Counted from the first letter of the whole stretch, positions 23,970 through 36,919 are shown. The stretch: DNA of 63,309 nt, filler included, from Globobulimina sp. (GCA_003354225.1; 45 parts of 45 records of this genome joined end to end with filler, not necessarily neighbours in it); one strand, 5' to 3'. Translations and numbers: made by a program. Notes: generated from the letters alone by a model not told the origin.

Positions 23970-25278
23970 AAGATGAAGCTCCATTGATAAAAGCCATGGA
24001 ATATGATGACATTGAGGCAGTAGAAATGATGATAAATAATATAACTGAGGATAATATATCAGCTGTTTTAAACTATAAATATAGACATAATGATGAAATG
24101 GATTTATTTTCATTATCTGTTGAGCATCAAAAATATGATATAACTTTATTTTTAGCACAAAATTATTTTGGCAAAATATCTCTCGAAGAGTATTTTGACA
24201 AAAAAAAGCATGCTTTTGCTGAAATTGTAAAGGAATATGCTTGTCATTTGATTAAAACTCCAAACAAAAATCGAACATTTCGAACAAAAACATTACAAAC
24301 ATTACAAACAATTATTTTAATTGTTGCCAAATCGGATATATATTTAGAAAAAACTATTAATTCAATCACCGACACTACGTTGATGTTTGAGTCTATTTCG
24401 GAATTACGAGAGCATTCATTAAAAAACAAACAGATTGAATTTATGATTGACAATGCATGCCTTGAAACATTATATGATCGTATCCAGGAAAGCATGATCA
24501 TTGCGGCAATGATAAACGCAGAACGCGTAAATAAATACGCTAAGAAATTATTATTAGTTGGATCAGGATCATCTGGTAAATCTACTTTATTGAAATCACT
24601 TAAAATCTTAACAAAAGATCAAAACATGGAAACAGAAACAATTGAAGCTAGACATGTAATTCGCCAAAATTGTGTTGCTGGCATACTAACATTACTTAAA
24701 AAATCACAAGAACTCTATGATGAGAATCCTGAACAAAACGGTTCATGCTTAGTGAATATGGACGATGAAATTGTAGCAGCTATACGATTAGTTATAAAGT
24801 ATGGATCTGAATCATTTAGCGAAGTATTAGAATATAATGAAGTACAAGCTTTAGGTATGAACTACAACTACAACTATGCAGTGTATGTTTACATATTTAT
24901 ATTCAGGTAAATCTATTTATCAGTTATGGTCATTGGATGCAGTCCGTGCCACATTTGATCGCCGTGGTAATACCTATTCATTCCCAGATCATATGGATTA
25001 TTTTTTTGATAAAGTGAGGGAAATAATGATGGAGAATTATATGCCGACTGTTGAAGATTCACTTAAATGTCGTGTCCGTGCCAGTGGAATGGTTGCATAT
25101 AAATTTAACATCAAAGAGAATGAGTTTATATTATATGATGTTGGCGGATCCGGACAAAGAACAGAACGTAAAAAATGGATCCATCATTTTGCAGATGTAG
25201 CGGCCGTATTATTTGTGTGTGCATTAAATCATTATGATGTCGTCCTATTTGAAGACGAGAAAAAGAATGCATTGCACG
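23970..25278 (+). CDS. Atypical G-alpha subunit with long N-terminal extension, partial; intron 24855-24906
   Basis: KLLLVGSGSSGKST, CRVRASG, DVGGSGQRTERKKWIHHF, LFEDEKKNAL; about 190 aa upstream with an ankyrin-like start. Confidence 0.85.
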
Positions 25279-25378
25279 NNNNNNNNNNNNNNNNNNNNNN
25301 NNNNNNNNNNNNNNNNNNNNNNTTAATTAATTAANNNNNNNNNNNNNNNNNNNNNNNNNNNNNNNNNNNNNNNNNNNN

Positions 25379-26687
25379 TTTATTCTATGCCTTAATGTAT
25401 GAAAAAAACGGCCCGCTGAGCCTGTCCAAACGCGTCTATTTGGGCCTAATGGCGGCGTCTCGCTACAGCTGCAAACCGATTATAATGCAATGCGAGTCTC
25501 GTTACATGAAATTAAACGGCGACATCACGTGGATCAAATCCGGCATAACTTGCGCGCCGAGCAAGTATGCAAAATTGGCCAAACTCAACGCATTGTTGGC
25601 ACACGAACCGTGGCTGATTACTGCGCGAGATATTGCCGACTTGCTGGCCGATGGTCAGCTGACAGTGTCGCAGTGCATTCACGCCGTTATCATCCTGGTT
25701 CTGTACCATTTTCTGAGCGGAATGTACCACGGATTGTGCCTGACGCCCGACATTGATTTATATTACAACTCGATTCTGCATATTAATTATAACCAGTCGC
25801 AGATAGATAAGAATGTGTTCAAATGCATGGACATGTCCTTGCTCCCATTGTGCGGCATAATTAATAAAAGCAAAAGCGAGCTGGAAGAGGACCAACAGAG
25901 CACAAACCTCGCACAGTTATTATTGTCGTCGCATACGGACAAAAATGGAAATAAAATCAAAATCGGCGTGAAAGTTAAAAAAAATGAGAAGGATTTTGAG
26001 CAATCGGCGTGTATAAATTACATGGAATTTGATCCAAATATGGCGCCGCAGAGCCATTTTAAGCAGGATCTAGTTATAAATGAGGAGCAAAAGTTTGAAT
26101 TTGAGGAGAAAAAGAATGAAAAAAATGTCAATCTGAAAATGCATGAGTTTACCTCGTCGGATTGGAAGGAATTGATCTCGATACAGAAAGAGGACATTTT
26201 TACAAACGAATCGGACGACATTAAGGAGAAAAAGAAGAAATATAAAAAAATAGTGGCTCCCAAGCACGGCGGCACATTGTATTGGAAATACTCGCTTGGC
26301 ATTGATATGATTTATCGCGATTTCGACTGTCATAATCATCATCAAATACATGCGTACGACTTCAATTGGGACAAACATGGCTATGCGTTGTTGTCGCGGT
26401 ATTATCCCGGCATTGAGAAGAAAATGGACAGCGTGTTCAAGACTGCCTATACAATGACGGACCATTGCATTAATAATAAGAGCAACGTCGACACGCAGCC
26501 CTTTCGCATTGCCGTCTGGCATTATACTTTTAGGTCTGGTCAAACTCAAACAGCAATATTTGAAATAAATAATAGATTGCGATTGTGTTTGGAATATTGC
26601 TGTTTGATTTAATTTGATTTGCATGAGTTTAGGTTATATGGCGTGAATAATGATTCTTATGAGTATAGATTTGTAAATGTTTATTTG
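25379..26687 (+). CDS. SESN: Sestrin (PA26) family protein, partial
   Basis: GPLSLSKRVYLGLMAASR, LNALLAHEPWLI, DFNWDKHGY, FRIAVWHY then after an intron LYGVNNDSYEYRFVN. Confidence 0.9.
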
Positions 26688-29600
26688 NNNNNNNNNNNNN
26701 NNNNNNNNNNNNNNNNNNNNNNNNNNNNNNNTTAATTAATTAANNNNNNNNNNNNNNNNNNNNNNNNNNNNNNNNNNNNNNNNNNNNACCCATACCTGCA
26801 GGACCTCAACGGCGCTGGGGGGTGGGGTTTGGCCAACAATTTCGCTGGGGGGGTAGAAAAAGTTGTCGAAAAAATTATACTAAAATCGACATTTTTGGAA
26901 ATCGGTCTAGTATCCTTCCTTTTCCATGGTTCCATTTTTATGGTTATTAATATCCTTCCTTTTCGGTGGTTCGACGATGTCCCACGAAATATTAAAGGAC
27001 TATCTCTGCGCGCAAGCGCATTTTGCACTAGTGTTATGTAATGTTATTAAAATTTTTTGGCTGGAAATCCAAATTTTTTTGCGCGAAATTCAAAATTGTA
27101 TGAGAAAATTTCTAAAAATGGGAACACCCACCCCAAATAAATACCCAATTAATTGGTAACACTCTAATAGCAGCCCGTGAGAACACCTCTAATGAGTTCA
27201 AATGTTAAATTTGCATTTTGCAGATGGTCATGTTTCTTATATGCCAATCAAAGAGTTGACTATTTGGGGACAAAGTTTTGTATTTGATCATCAATTGTTC
27301 CTTGAAGGATTTCACCCGACAATGTTCCCAAACTTGAGGTCATTGTTCCTTTCATTTCCCAAATTTGCTACCAATCCATATCAAAATTTTGCTATTCCAC
27401 TGGTAACAAACATTTTTGATCTTTGGAATCTGTCATCATCACCTTTCACCCTGAGTTTGGACTCGAAATGTTGCATTACTGCTACTGAACTCCTACACAT
27501 CATTAGGAAAGCTGTGATAAGCAAAGGTGGACAAATTCATGCCACTACACTAACTATGAAAAATATGAAGAACTTGTATGGGCGAAAAAGAACAAACATT
27601 GTTTATGTTTTGGTGAAAAATGATTATGTGATTAAGTTTTCAGTGAGACCACCACGTTGAATTTATGTATCCTATATATGTCGCAAAACTTGAAATGATG
27701 AACAATGTTGCACAAAAATTGTATATGGTGTTGTAAGGGTTTGGTAAATAAAATATCTCTCATCAATTCATTCTCAAATTTAAGGTCAAGTGTTGTATTG
27801 TAGTGATGAGTGGAGTAGTAAGACGATCTTTATCTTGCCAATGGGAATTCATTACAATATCTTGCTTCGTGATGAAGCTATAACGTGTAGGAAGGCATGT
27901 TTTACAATACCTTGCTTCTCGCTGAAGCAATAAAGTGTGGACTGTAGATTATGCTAACAGGTGTTTCGCGTTCCAATTAATACTATAAATTACTCATGAA
28001 CAACAAACAAACAAACAACATGTTTATGAAATTTTAAAAAACAATTATAAATGAACAATTGTTCAAATTTCAGTGACTATTGATTCGATCAATTTCNNNN
28101 NNNNNNNNNNNNNNNNNNNNNNNNNNNNNNNNNNNNNNNNTTAATTAATTAANNNNNNNNNNNNNNNNNNNNNNNNNNNNNNNNNNNNNNNNNNNNTCGA
28201 ATGTTGGTAAAAAAATTCGCCCAAAATCGTATTTTTCCGAAAAAATACGTTTTTCACCAATTTTTAGCTAAAAATGGCCGATTTTTGACCAATAATACCG
28301 AGAAATTTCCCAAATTTTCCAATCATGGGACCCAAAAAAATCTCCAAACAGGGGTTTGAAAAACCCAAAAAATGGGCCATTGGGTTTGGCCATTTTGGTC
28401 TGTTTGGGGTAAAACCCCCAAACCTCCACCATGCCGTGCCATGTATGTCAGTCAGGAAGCAGGCAAACTTATGGAGAAGCTATCGTCACAATTCCGCGGC
28501 AAAAATTGTAGAAGCAACTGTTATCTAGACCTTAACGCTTCAGCAAGAAGCATGCTAGCTAACTCTTGGTTAAGCTGTTGTGTCGTGGTGGGAGGCAAAA
28601 CGTTGAAAACAACTTACATCAGCAACATCATTTATGGCTCCAGCAATTAAAGCATGCTAACTGTTGCTGAAACTTCCATCGCAACTGTTGCTGAAGCTGT
28701 CATCGCAATTCAGAGGCAAACTTTTGAAAACATCATTTATGGCTTCAGCATGAAACATGCTAACTATTGGTGAAGCTATTGTCACAAGACAATCATCTAC
28801 AGAGGATCGGTACAGTTGGCGACAGTTACTGGACAGAGCTAACCTCACATCACACCGCTGGACCAAAGGAATGAACGATTGGCGGCGACTAAAATAGGCG
28901 GTGTAGGTACAGTTGGCGATTTGAAAGGGTACCATATATGGTATCGGCTATATGGTACAGGTACCATATATGGTGATGGTGAGAAGTGCTCCACTGTAAT
29001 TGTGGTAAACCGCCAATCGCCAATCGAATGACTGATTTTACTGGCTTTCAGTCAATCTCCCACGACTATAGCTATTGTTGCTCGAATTGGATAATATTTT
29101 GTTAGCATAGGATAGGAATAGTCAAATGTCATAGGATAGGAAAACCACTGTTTTTCATAGAGATTTTCGTGAATTATCAAATGCTTTCCCAAAGTGCACT
29201 TTTGTTTGGAAAACTTTTCGAACAGGAAGGACACTGAAAATTATAAAAACCAAAATGAACAGCCATAATAGTACCAGTAGATGATACGGGTTTATGGCTT
29301 CACCAGGAAGGATACATGGGCAGGTTCGATGGTCTGGGGGTCGAAGTCCAAAATTTCGAATCAGGGTTGGAATTGGAAAAATAGAAAATTTTGAATCAGG
29401 GGTTTGGAAAATGTCGAAAATTGATTGACACAGTCAACCCGTGCAGGTTAGGTTTCAAAACTAGTTGATATATTCAAAGCAAAAGCATTCAGACCTTCAA
29501 AGGGTNNNNNNNNNNNNNNNNNNNNNNNNNNNNNNNNNNNNNNNNNNNNTTAATTAATTAANNNNNNNNNNNNNNNNNNNNNNNNNNNNNNNNNNNNNNN

Positions 29601-29731
29601 NNNNNATGGAGAGACAGTAGAGGCAATAGAGTGAGGACTATTTATTAATCCACGCTGCTAGCAAGCAATCCTCTTAGACATAAGTAGACTTTAAATGTAA
29701 CGGTCTCAAAAAAAACTTAGTTGGCCATAGT

Positions 29732-30327
29732 CTAATGGCAACATTGTTGTTTGGAATTTGAAGGAATCAGTTTCTCAGACTCAGATTGGCATTTTTGATC
29801 ATTTTCATGATTGTGGCTATGGCCGTTTCCAAGAGAACATGGTGCTTCTATATCATCATCCGCATCAATTATTATTTGCACGAACATATTTAATATTTTA
29901 TAATCCTGATCATGTGTTGAATATGGCATAACCAACTTACTTTCGATGAACTTTTTTATCACATTCACTGGCCAGAGATATCTTAATTGCCTACGATATG
30001 CATCATCATATGAATTATAACCATACTTTTCCCCTTTTTAAATAATATTTTTATAATTACATATCATATATAAACACGAACGCAACTTAAAATGTCATGA
30101 ATTCTTCGTAATGTTCTATCTGCTCTGATTATAATCGTGATAATCCACAGAAGCAAAATAAATCCAAGTAGCATTATTCCAATATCGTAAGCAACATCGG
30201 TCATTAAATCATCATTATAGTCAGTATATGCTTTATAGGTCAAATAGCCAATGCCTACGAATATTGTCAAAACACCTGCATGAATGCCACCGGTAACTCC
30301 GAGTACAAGTGGTGCAGGCACTGGCAT
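29732..30327 (-). CDS. Small two-TM hypothetical protein, one intron
   Basis: Two hydrophobic helices in 30064-30327; downstream exon RQLRYLWPVNVIKKF.. Confidence 0.45.
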
Positions 30328-30370
30328 GACGACTTAATATATAATCTGCTTTCACTCAAAAAAACTCACA

Positions 30371-30914
30371 ATGTCCTACAAAAGCTCTGAAATGGTCCCA
30401 CGTCAAGCAGTATCCGTGCAAACTCCATTTCACGTATCACCCGCCAAGGCCCGCAAATTAGAACATGTAATGCGAGGAAGCAAAAATAGCATATCACAGC
30501 ATGGAATTACACAAATTGGATTCGGGAATGATGCACAAACCGTTGATGTAAACGAACTTTATCCGATGGTTAACTGTACTTTTTTTTTATTGTTTTTGCC
30601 ATATTTTATTGGTGCTCTATAAACAGGAGATATCCAAATCAATTCTTGAAGAAAAAGACATTGACGAATATGCAACATTTATGGCAAGTGATAAGAATCA
30701 AAACGTTGATATATATTTCCTTTTAATACGCATACAAACAGACAAACATATATCACACTGTCAGGTAAACAACATTTCGATGAGAAATAGAAGACGGAGT
30801 AGTTCTCAATTTTTACAAGACACATCATCCAAAGATTCCTTATCTGGTCGCAAACGCCGACAAACTGAAGTACCTGTTACGTATATACAAATTCTATAAA
30901 ATATATCTCCATTT
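30371..30914 (+). CDS. Hypothetical protein, 5' exons
   Basis: ATG at 30371 and consecutive ORFs separated by short GT-AG introns (about 30569-30626, 30686-30763). Confidence 0.45.
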
Positions 30915-31014
30915 NNNNNNNNNNNNNNNNNNNNNNNNNNNNNNNNNNNNNNNNNNNNTTAATTAATTAANNNNNNNNNNNNNNNNNNNNNNNNNNNNNN
31001 NNNNNNNNNNNNNN

Positions 31015-31614
31015 ATTGTCTGTTCGATTTTCGACAAAAGAAGGAGCAACCAGGCCACATTTTGCCATTACTGAATATTGATCCAAAAAAATATTTGGAA
31101 ACACCCGTATGCGTTTCTCTTGCCCATTTTCCGTGACGTTTGTTTGCCAAACAGAATTGAGTCCCAATAATAAACGAAAACGCTCACTAAAACCGATAGC
31201 CGCATTGGGAGCCAAAACAATAAAGTTGTTGTTATTAGAATCTTTGAAAAATTTAGCAAAGTTAGATGCCGCAATTGGTGCAACACCAACGGCTGGCGCA
31301 ATCCGGTTCTCAGCGAGCTCGGTCTGCTTGGCGATTAGTTTGAAAATTTCGTTAAAATTCTTATAATAATTATCCGGTATGGAGAGAGAGTTCGTTTTCA
31401 GTGGGGACTTGTCTTTTATTAAATTAAAAATTTGGTAGTAGCAATCGACAACATTATACCAATGCCTGGGTGCCTGTACTTCGATTAGGGCCATTTCATA
31501 GGCCAAGCTCGATAAATCCATTCTTGTGGGCAATTCGGCCTTTGCCCTTGCAGTACCGGGAGGGACTCCCCTATTAGTGAGATAAACATAGAAGTTGGTA
31601 GGAGGAGAAGCCAT
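31015..31614 (-). CDS. Polinton/Maverick minor capsid (penton)-like protein, 3'-partial
   Basis: NFYVYL..AELPTRMDL..YEMALIEV..WYNV and later CGLVAPSFV; directly downstream of a Polinton-type integrase. Confidence 0.7.
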
Positions 31615-31667
31615 TTTTTGGTACAATGTAAAATATAATACGCGAACGATGTATATATATATGCTCT

Positions 31668-32323
31668 TCATTTCTCTTCATTTTCAACGATCTGCATCTC
31701 TGCACCATACCACGTACCAGCAATTACATCTCCGTCGGCATCCGTTATACCATATCTGGGGGGGTGGGTTGGAAATATCTTTGAGACTGTATATAAATCC
31801 TTGGAAAAGCGTGGCTTGTAAGCCTTATCGAAAAGTTTGGACTTTGTTGCGATTTTTACTTTATCCCCGAGCCGAAACTGGAATTTTATTCTTCCTATTA
31901 ACTTTTCATAATATTTGGGGTATAGGTTTTGAAAAACTACTGCCGAATTATCATACGAAACATTATTGGGGGGCATTTTGATCGAGCGATGCCAGCTATT
32001 GTTGTATGAGTTTTGAATATCTTCAAGGTGATCAATAAAACGGCGGGTATCAAACTTTGTCATTATACGATAAATTTTTGTTTTAATTGTGCGAATAACC
32101 CGTTCAACCATTGGGCTTTTTACTTTGTTCCTCGCAGGAAACTGATGTACCCCATATTTATCTAGCACTTTCGACAGCTCGTAGTTAAAGAACTCTGACC
32201 CCAAATCAGATGTTAGAAATAATGGAGGAGAGTTATCCTTAAAATGTTTGTCAAACACGAAATGGTTACTTCCTAGCAATAATCTGTGTTTGATAGATTT
32301 TAAATGATGACAAAGATACTGAT
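31668..32323 (-). mobile_element. Polinton/Maverick retroviral-like integrase, C-terminal part
   Basis: SDLGSEF, VERVIRTIK, YNNSWHRSIKMPP, FRLGDKVKI, FDKAYKPRFS, GTWYGAEMQ. Confidence 0.9.
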
Positions 32324-32467
32324 NNNNNNNNNNNNNNNNNNNNNNNNNNNNNNNNNNNNNNNNNNNNTTAATTAATTAANNNNNNNNNNNNNNNNNNNNN
32401 NNNNNNNNNNNNNNNNNNNNNNNCAAAAAAAGAGTAAGGTTAAACCGATAAGTATAACCGCAGCGAT

Positions 32468-32598
32468 TAGCCCCTGAAATCTGTTTTTAACATATCAAAC
32501 TGCGACATGGTAACAGGGAATCCAATGTATTCAATTTCATCGTAGGCATTTTCCAGCAGACTGTATTCCAATTGAGGTAATTGATATTTAAAATCAAG
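32468..32598 (-). pseudogene. Short fragment resembling Bacteroidetes-type DNA polymerase III alpha
   Basis: YQLPQLEYSLLENAYDEIEYIGFPVTMSQFDMLKTDFRG*; similarity recalled from memory, about 38 aa only. Confidence 0.35.
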
Positions 32599-33986
32599 AT
32601 ATATATATGCCATGGATGAATCAGCTGAGTATCAAGATATAACGGATTGTTATCAAAGGGATAAAGATAATTTACAAAAAAGAAGGAATGAGCATTGTGT
32701 TTCAGAGGAATGGATTACTTCATTCTTAAAGCAAGAGACTGTTTTGAATGAACAACGTTGATCTTGTTTGAGCTGCTCAGTCACGTACCTTAATTGCATC
32801 ATTATGACAACTCCGAAATCTCCGCAATGGTCACGATCACTGAAGAACAAGAAAGTTGACATCAGAGCAACACCTGTTGATTACAATTGTCGTGAAGAGA
32901 ATGTGGATACATGGCCAGCATCGAAATCGTCAACGCCAACAATTACAACAAATAAAAGTTAGTTATTCTTTCGATCATTCATTTGAAAACAATATATTAT
33001 GGTCGCTTGTGAAAGGTGTTGCATTTTTGAAATGGCAAAAAAATCCACAAAAAGTGATTCAAAATTTACTCACAAACATTAATAAATCCAACAAACCTTT
33101 GTTGCTCACTCAAGTTATACACATATTATATCTGCTGTAACACAAATAAAAAATTTGAAAATATACATACTTACATTGAAAAGATGGAGGATTTCATTCA
33201 ATATGAAATGAACAGACCAATCAATAAATGTTTCAGTAAAGACAATATAAACGAAGCCCGATTGGAAGTATTCCGTGAATGTTTTGATATTTTCATCAAC
33301 GAATTTTCTACATATCAAGTTATTTGAATTACACCTAATATTTTATGATATTTATAGTTTTATTTACCTATTTGTACACAGCCAGTTTTAACACAAATAA
33401 AGAATGAATATGAAGATGTCATCGCTCAATGCCTCAAAAAAATACATCAAGTGAGAATTATCGAGGTACTGTGATCTGACATGATATGTTTTGATAAAAT
33501 TTAATTGAACACTTTCCCGTTTCTACAACAACAAAAAAAGACAAAATTGAATACAGTACAACAAGACAGTAAATCCGAAATGAACAAATTAAATAAATCG
33601 CACAAAATTGAACTGAAACAGCGTGATGCTAAAATTGAGCAACTCCATGGCCGTATAAACCAAATGAAGGCAAAACACAAAAACAGTGATAACTTATTAG
33701 CAGAATCGGAAAAAGAAGAAAAACGCTTAAAANNNNNNNNNNNNNNNNNNNNNNNNNNNNNNNNNNNNNNNNNNNNTTAATTAATTAANNNNNNNNNNNN
33801 NNNNNNNNNNNNNNNNNNNNNNNNNNNNNNNNTAATTTGTTAGCAAGTCCTTCTTAGTGTAGATGAACTTTTCAGTGTCATGGTCTGAGGAATCCAGAGG
33901 AATCCGACTTCCTCACTCAAGTCATTTTTGGCCGCATAAAATCTACAGTTGGACTGCAGTGGTTGTGTTCGGAAAATCCGTCTAAA

Positions 33987-34435
33987 ATGCTTTCTTTATG
34001 CTTACTTTACCTCTGGATACAATGCATTGTGTCTCAAAATCGCAAATTAAAATATTCCGGCATATGACCTTCACCAATGAACGATACTGTCCCAATATAT
34101 CAATGGATTCATCCGTTGGTTTAGATTCAATGAAACATTTAGCAACAACTTGAACAAATTATGTTGCCATAGTTGTGACACAATATCAAATGAGTGCTAA
34201 CTCCACAAATATATATCCAATATACAACAATGCCGTGCCATGTACCTCGACACCATCTGGTTATTGTGTGACCGCAACAAATCAATCATTAATAAATACC
34301 ATCAAAAACGCGCATGATTTAGGAATGAAAGTATTATTAAAACCTCATATTGATTTAATAGACGATGCAAAGCATTGGAGAGGGGATATTGGGACTGGAA
34401 TGGCTCAAAATCAATGGAATGACTGGTTCGTATCC
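33987..34435 (+). pseudogene. Glycoside hydrolase family 113-like gene, frameshifted and truncated
   Basis: Signal peptide; NYVAIVVTQYQ, IKNAHDLGMKVLLKPHID, WRGDIG, WNDWF; frameshift near 34062, TGA at 34151. Confidence 0.7.
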
Positions 34436-34497
34436 TGCAGAAATTGCCACCAATACTGATGTTGAAATGTTTTATGTTTTTACATTTTCTGTTTTCT

Positions 34498-35141
34498 GTT
34501 AATTGTCTTGAAATTAAGCATTTGACATCATAACTGTCCATATGAGTGGTAAATGTCTTGAAATTAAGCATTAAATGTCTTGAAATTAAGCATTTGACAT
34601 GACTGTCCATGATGTCAGTGGTAAATGTCTGGCACTATTTTTGCAGAACATAGTTGCGGAGTTTTTCCTATGTTTTATGGAACAATCATTGCGGAAAAGT
34701 CAAAGTGCAAAGTCGTATTTTTACAAGTGCGGAAACACAATGCCGATAATATTGGTCAGGCAATTTCTTTTACTGTTTCTGTTCCTTGTCATTTTGCCGT
34801 TGGTTACCTACACGTGGGGAGCCAGTTGCTTTTGCGTTGGTGAGGATAACACTGTGTTGGACCGTGGTGGTTCAACTGTACCAAATAGCGGAACCGATGT
34901 TGGCTCCATGCTCGACATTGGGCATTTTTAATGTCGGGCATTTAATGTTACCATACAGTCAGTGGTGAATGTCTTGAAATTAAACATTTGTGTGTTGTAA
35001 ATGTCTTGAAATTAAACATTTGTGTGTTGTAAATGTCTTGAAATTAAGCATTTGACATCATAACTGTCCATGATTTCAGTGGTAAATGTCTTGAAATTAA
35101 GCATTAAATGTCTTGAAATTAAGCATTTGACATCATGACTG
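34498..35141. repeat. Satellite-like repeat built on AAATGTCTTGAAATTAAGCATT, two blocks (about 34498-34630 and 34960-35141)
   Basis: Multiple near-identical copies, some extended by TGACATCATAACTGTCCATGA..GTGGT. Confidence 0.85.
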
Positions 35142-35241
35142 NNNNNNNNNNNNNNNNNNNNNNNNNNNNNNNNNNNNNNNNNNNNTTAATTAATTAANNN
35201 NNNNNNNNNNNNNNNNNNNNNNNNNNNNNNNNNNNNNNNNN

Positions 35242-35375
35242 ATTTCTTTTTATATATTTTCCTCTTCATATTTCTGAATTTCTGAATTTCTGAATTTCTG
35301 AATTTCTTTTTATATATTTTCCTCTTCATATTTCTGAATTTCTGAATTTCTGAGTTTCTTCCAGAATTTCTGAAT
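35242..35375. repeat. (ATTTCTGA)n minisatellite within a duplicated ~60-bp unit
   Basis: Direct reading of the sequence. Confidence 0.8.
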
Positions 35376-35838
35376 TAGTTCATTTCACAATTAGTCTCCA
35401 AAAGATCAAAACAATTTTAAGTGTGAGTACTTCAAATTTCATAATAATATCTCAATAGAACATTTTAATCAAATAAATCTTGAAATTGATATGCTTTTGA
35501 ATGTTGATAAGAGTCAATTAAAATTATGCGTTGTTGGTTTATGTGATAAAGAAAAAGAAGCATTGCTGTGGAATTTGGACAAAACAAAGAATGGCTACGT
35601 ACCACATTTTAACTTATTTGAATCTCAAAACAGTGTACGCATTGCCTATATACCCGTGAGTTGGTTTGGTCAAAAACAAACGTTTGATCAACCTTAAATA
35701 AATCTTTTCGTTTCTCAAAAAGGCTAAATCCGATCGGGTTACTGGCTACTTGCTGTTATAAATAAAAACTGCATATAACCCTATTAATAAAAAAATAAAA
35801 AACTTTTCCCACTTGCCTCCTAGTAAACTAGACGGACA

Positions 35839-36550
35839 ATGGCAACCTTGCAGCAACAGATTACAATTAACAACAATGTCCAATATGGCAACTCGACGTT
35901 GGGTGGATCAACAAATATGGACCTCAACGTATTCGATGAAGCTCAAAAATCACCCAAATCTGTCCCAACCAATGTCGATTTAAATGTGACGGATGAATCG
36001 CAATTGAAAACAGCAACACAAATTGCAGCCGAAGAATTCACCTTTGAAGATGAAGACGGCGACATTGATATCAGTCTAAGCAGCGAGCAGCAACAGTCAG
36101 TGGACAGCTCATCCAATTCTGAGGAAGAAGCTGAGATCGATGGCACATTATCGGAGGAACCTTCGAATGGTGCCTTCCCGTTCAGTGACCGAATTGCGGC
36201 CGAAGATGATGAATATACGCAAAATCGCAGTCCGAGAAATGAGAATGAGAATGGTTCGGAATTCTCACAGTCTGAGAATGAGAATGATCACAATTCCAAC
36301 CAAGCGGCGCCCAAATCTTCGGGCGATGCAAAAAGCAGCAATGACAATGACATCAAGATCGATGACAGCAATTACATTGATGCCTACGTACATAATGCCG
36401 ATGGCAATTTATTGAAAAAGATACGTTTGGACCCGGAAGGTGTCCGAACATTATTGAATAACAACAATGACCCAGTTACAATTATGCCGCATTCGGTCAC
36501 TGTAAACCGAGTGGACACACTAAAAATCAAACCGCGACGCAAATTCTCTG
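35839..36550 (+). CDS. Acidic low-complexity hypothetical protein, 3'-partial
   Basis: ATG-initiated frame open to the contig end, E/S/N-rich. Confidence 0.5.
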
Positions 36551-36919
36551 NNNNNNNNNNNNNNNNNNNNNNNNNNNNNNNNNNNNNNNNNNNNTTAATT
36601 AATTAANNNNNNNNNNNNNNNNNNNNNNNNNNNNNNNNNNNNNNNNNNNNTATATGTCAAGTTATGGAGCCATTATGGGGTGAACAGACTTTTGCAACAC
36701 CCTTTAGAAACTATAAATAAAGATCGTACTGCACTATAAATAAGGATTAGACGAACATTTACTTAAGCTTTTCCTCTAAAAATTCGCAAATGATTAAAAA
36801 AAGTTGATCATGAGCAAAATCAAGGTCAAATAGGAAAACTCTATTGCGGCGCCACATCTGCGGCGTCACACTTTTTCGTCTCATCTTTTCAATTTTTGTG
36901 GCGTCTCACTTTTTCTATA

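Noticed and set aside
16796-34153. TGA reassignment suggested by in-frame TGA at 16796 and 34151
   Set aside because: The expected residues differ (Leu versus probably Gly), both genes have other lesions, and TGA ends other genes normally (46269, 56080).
34498-35141. 22-bp repeat with variable spacers as a CRISPR array
   Set aside because: The spacers are themselves repeated or absent and no cas genes are present; it is a satellite.
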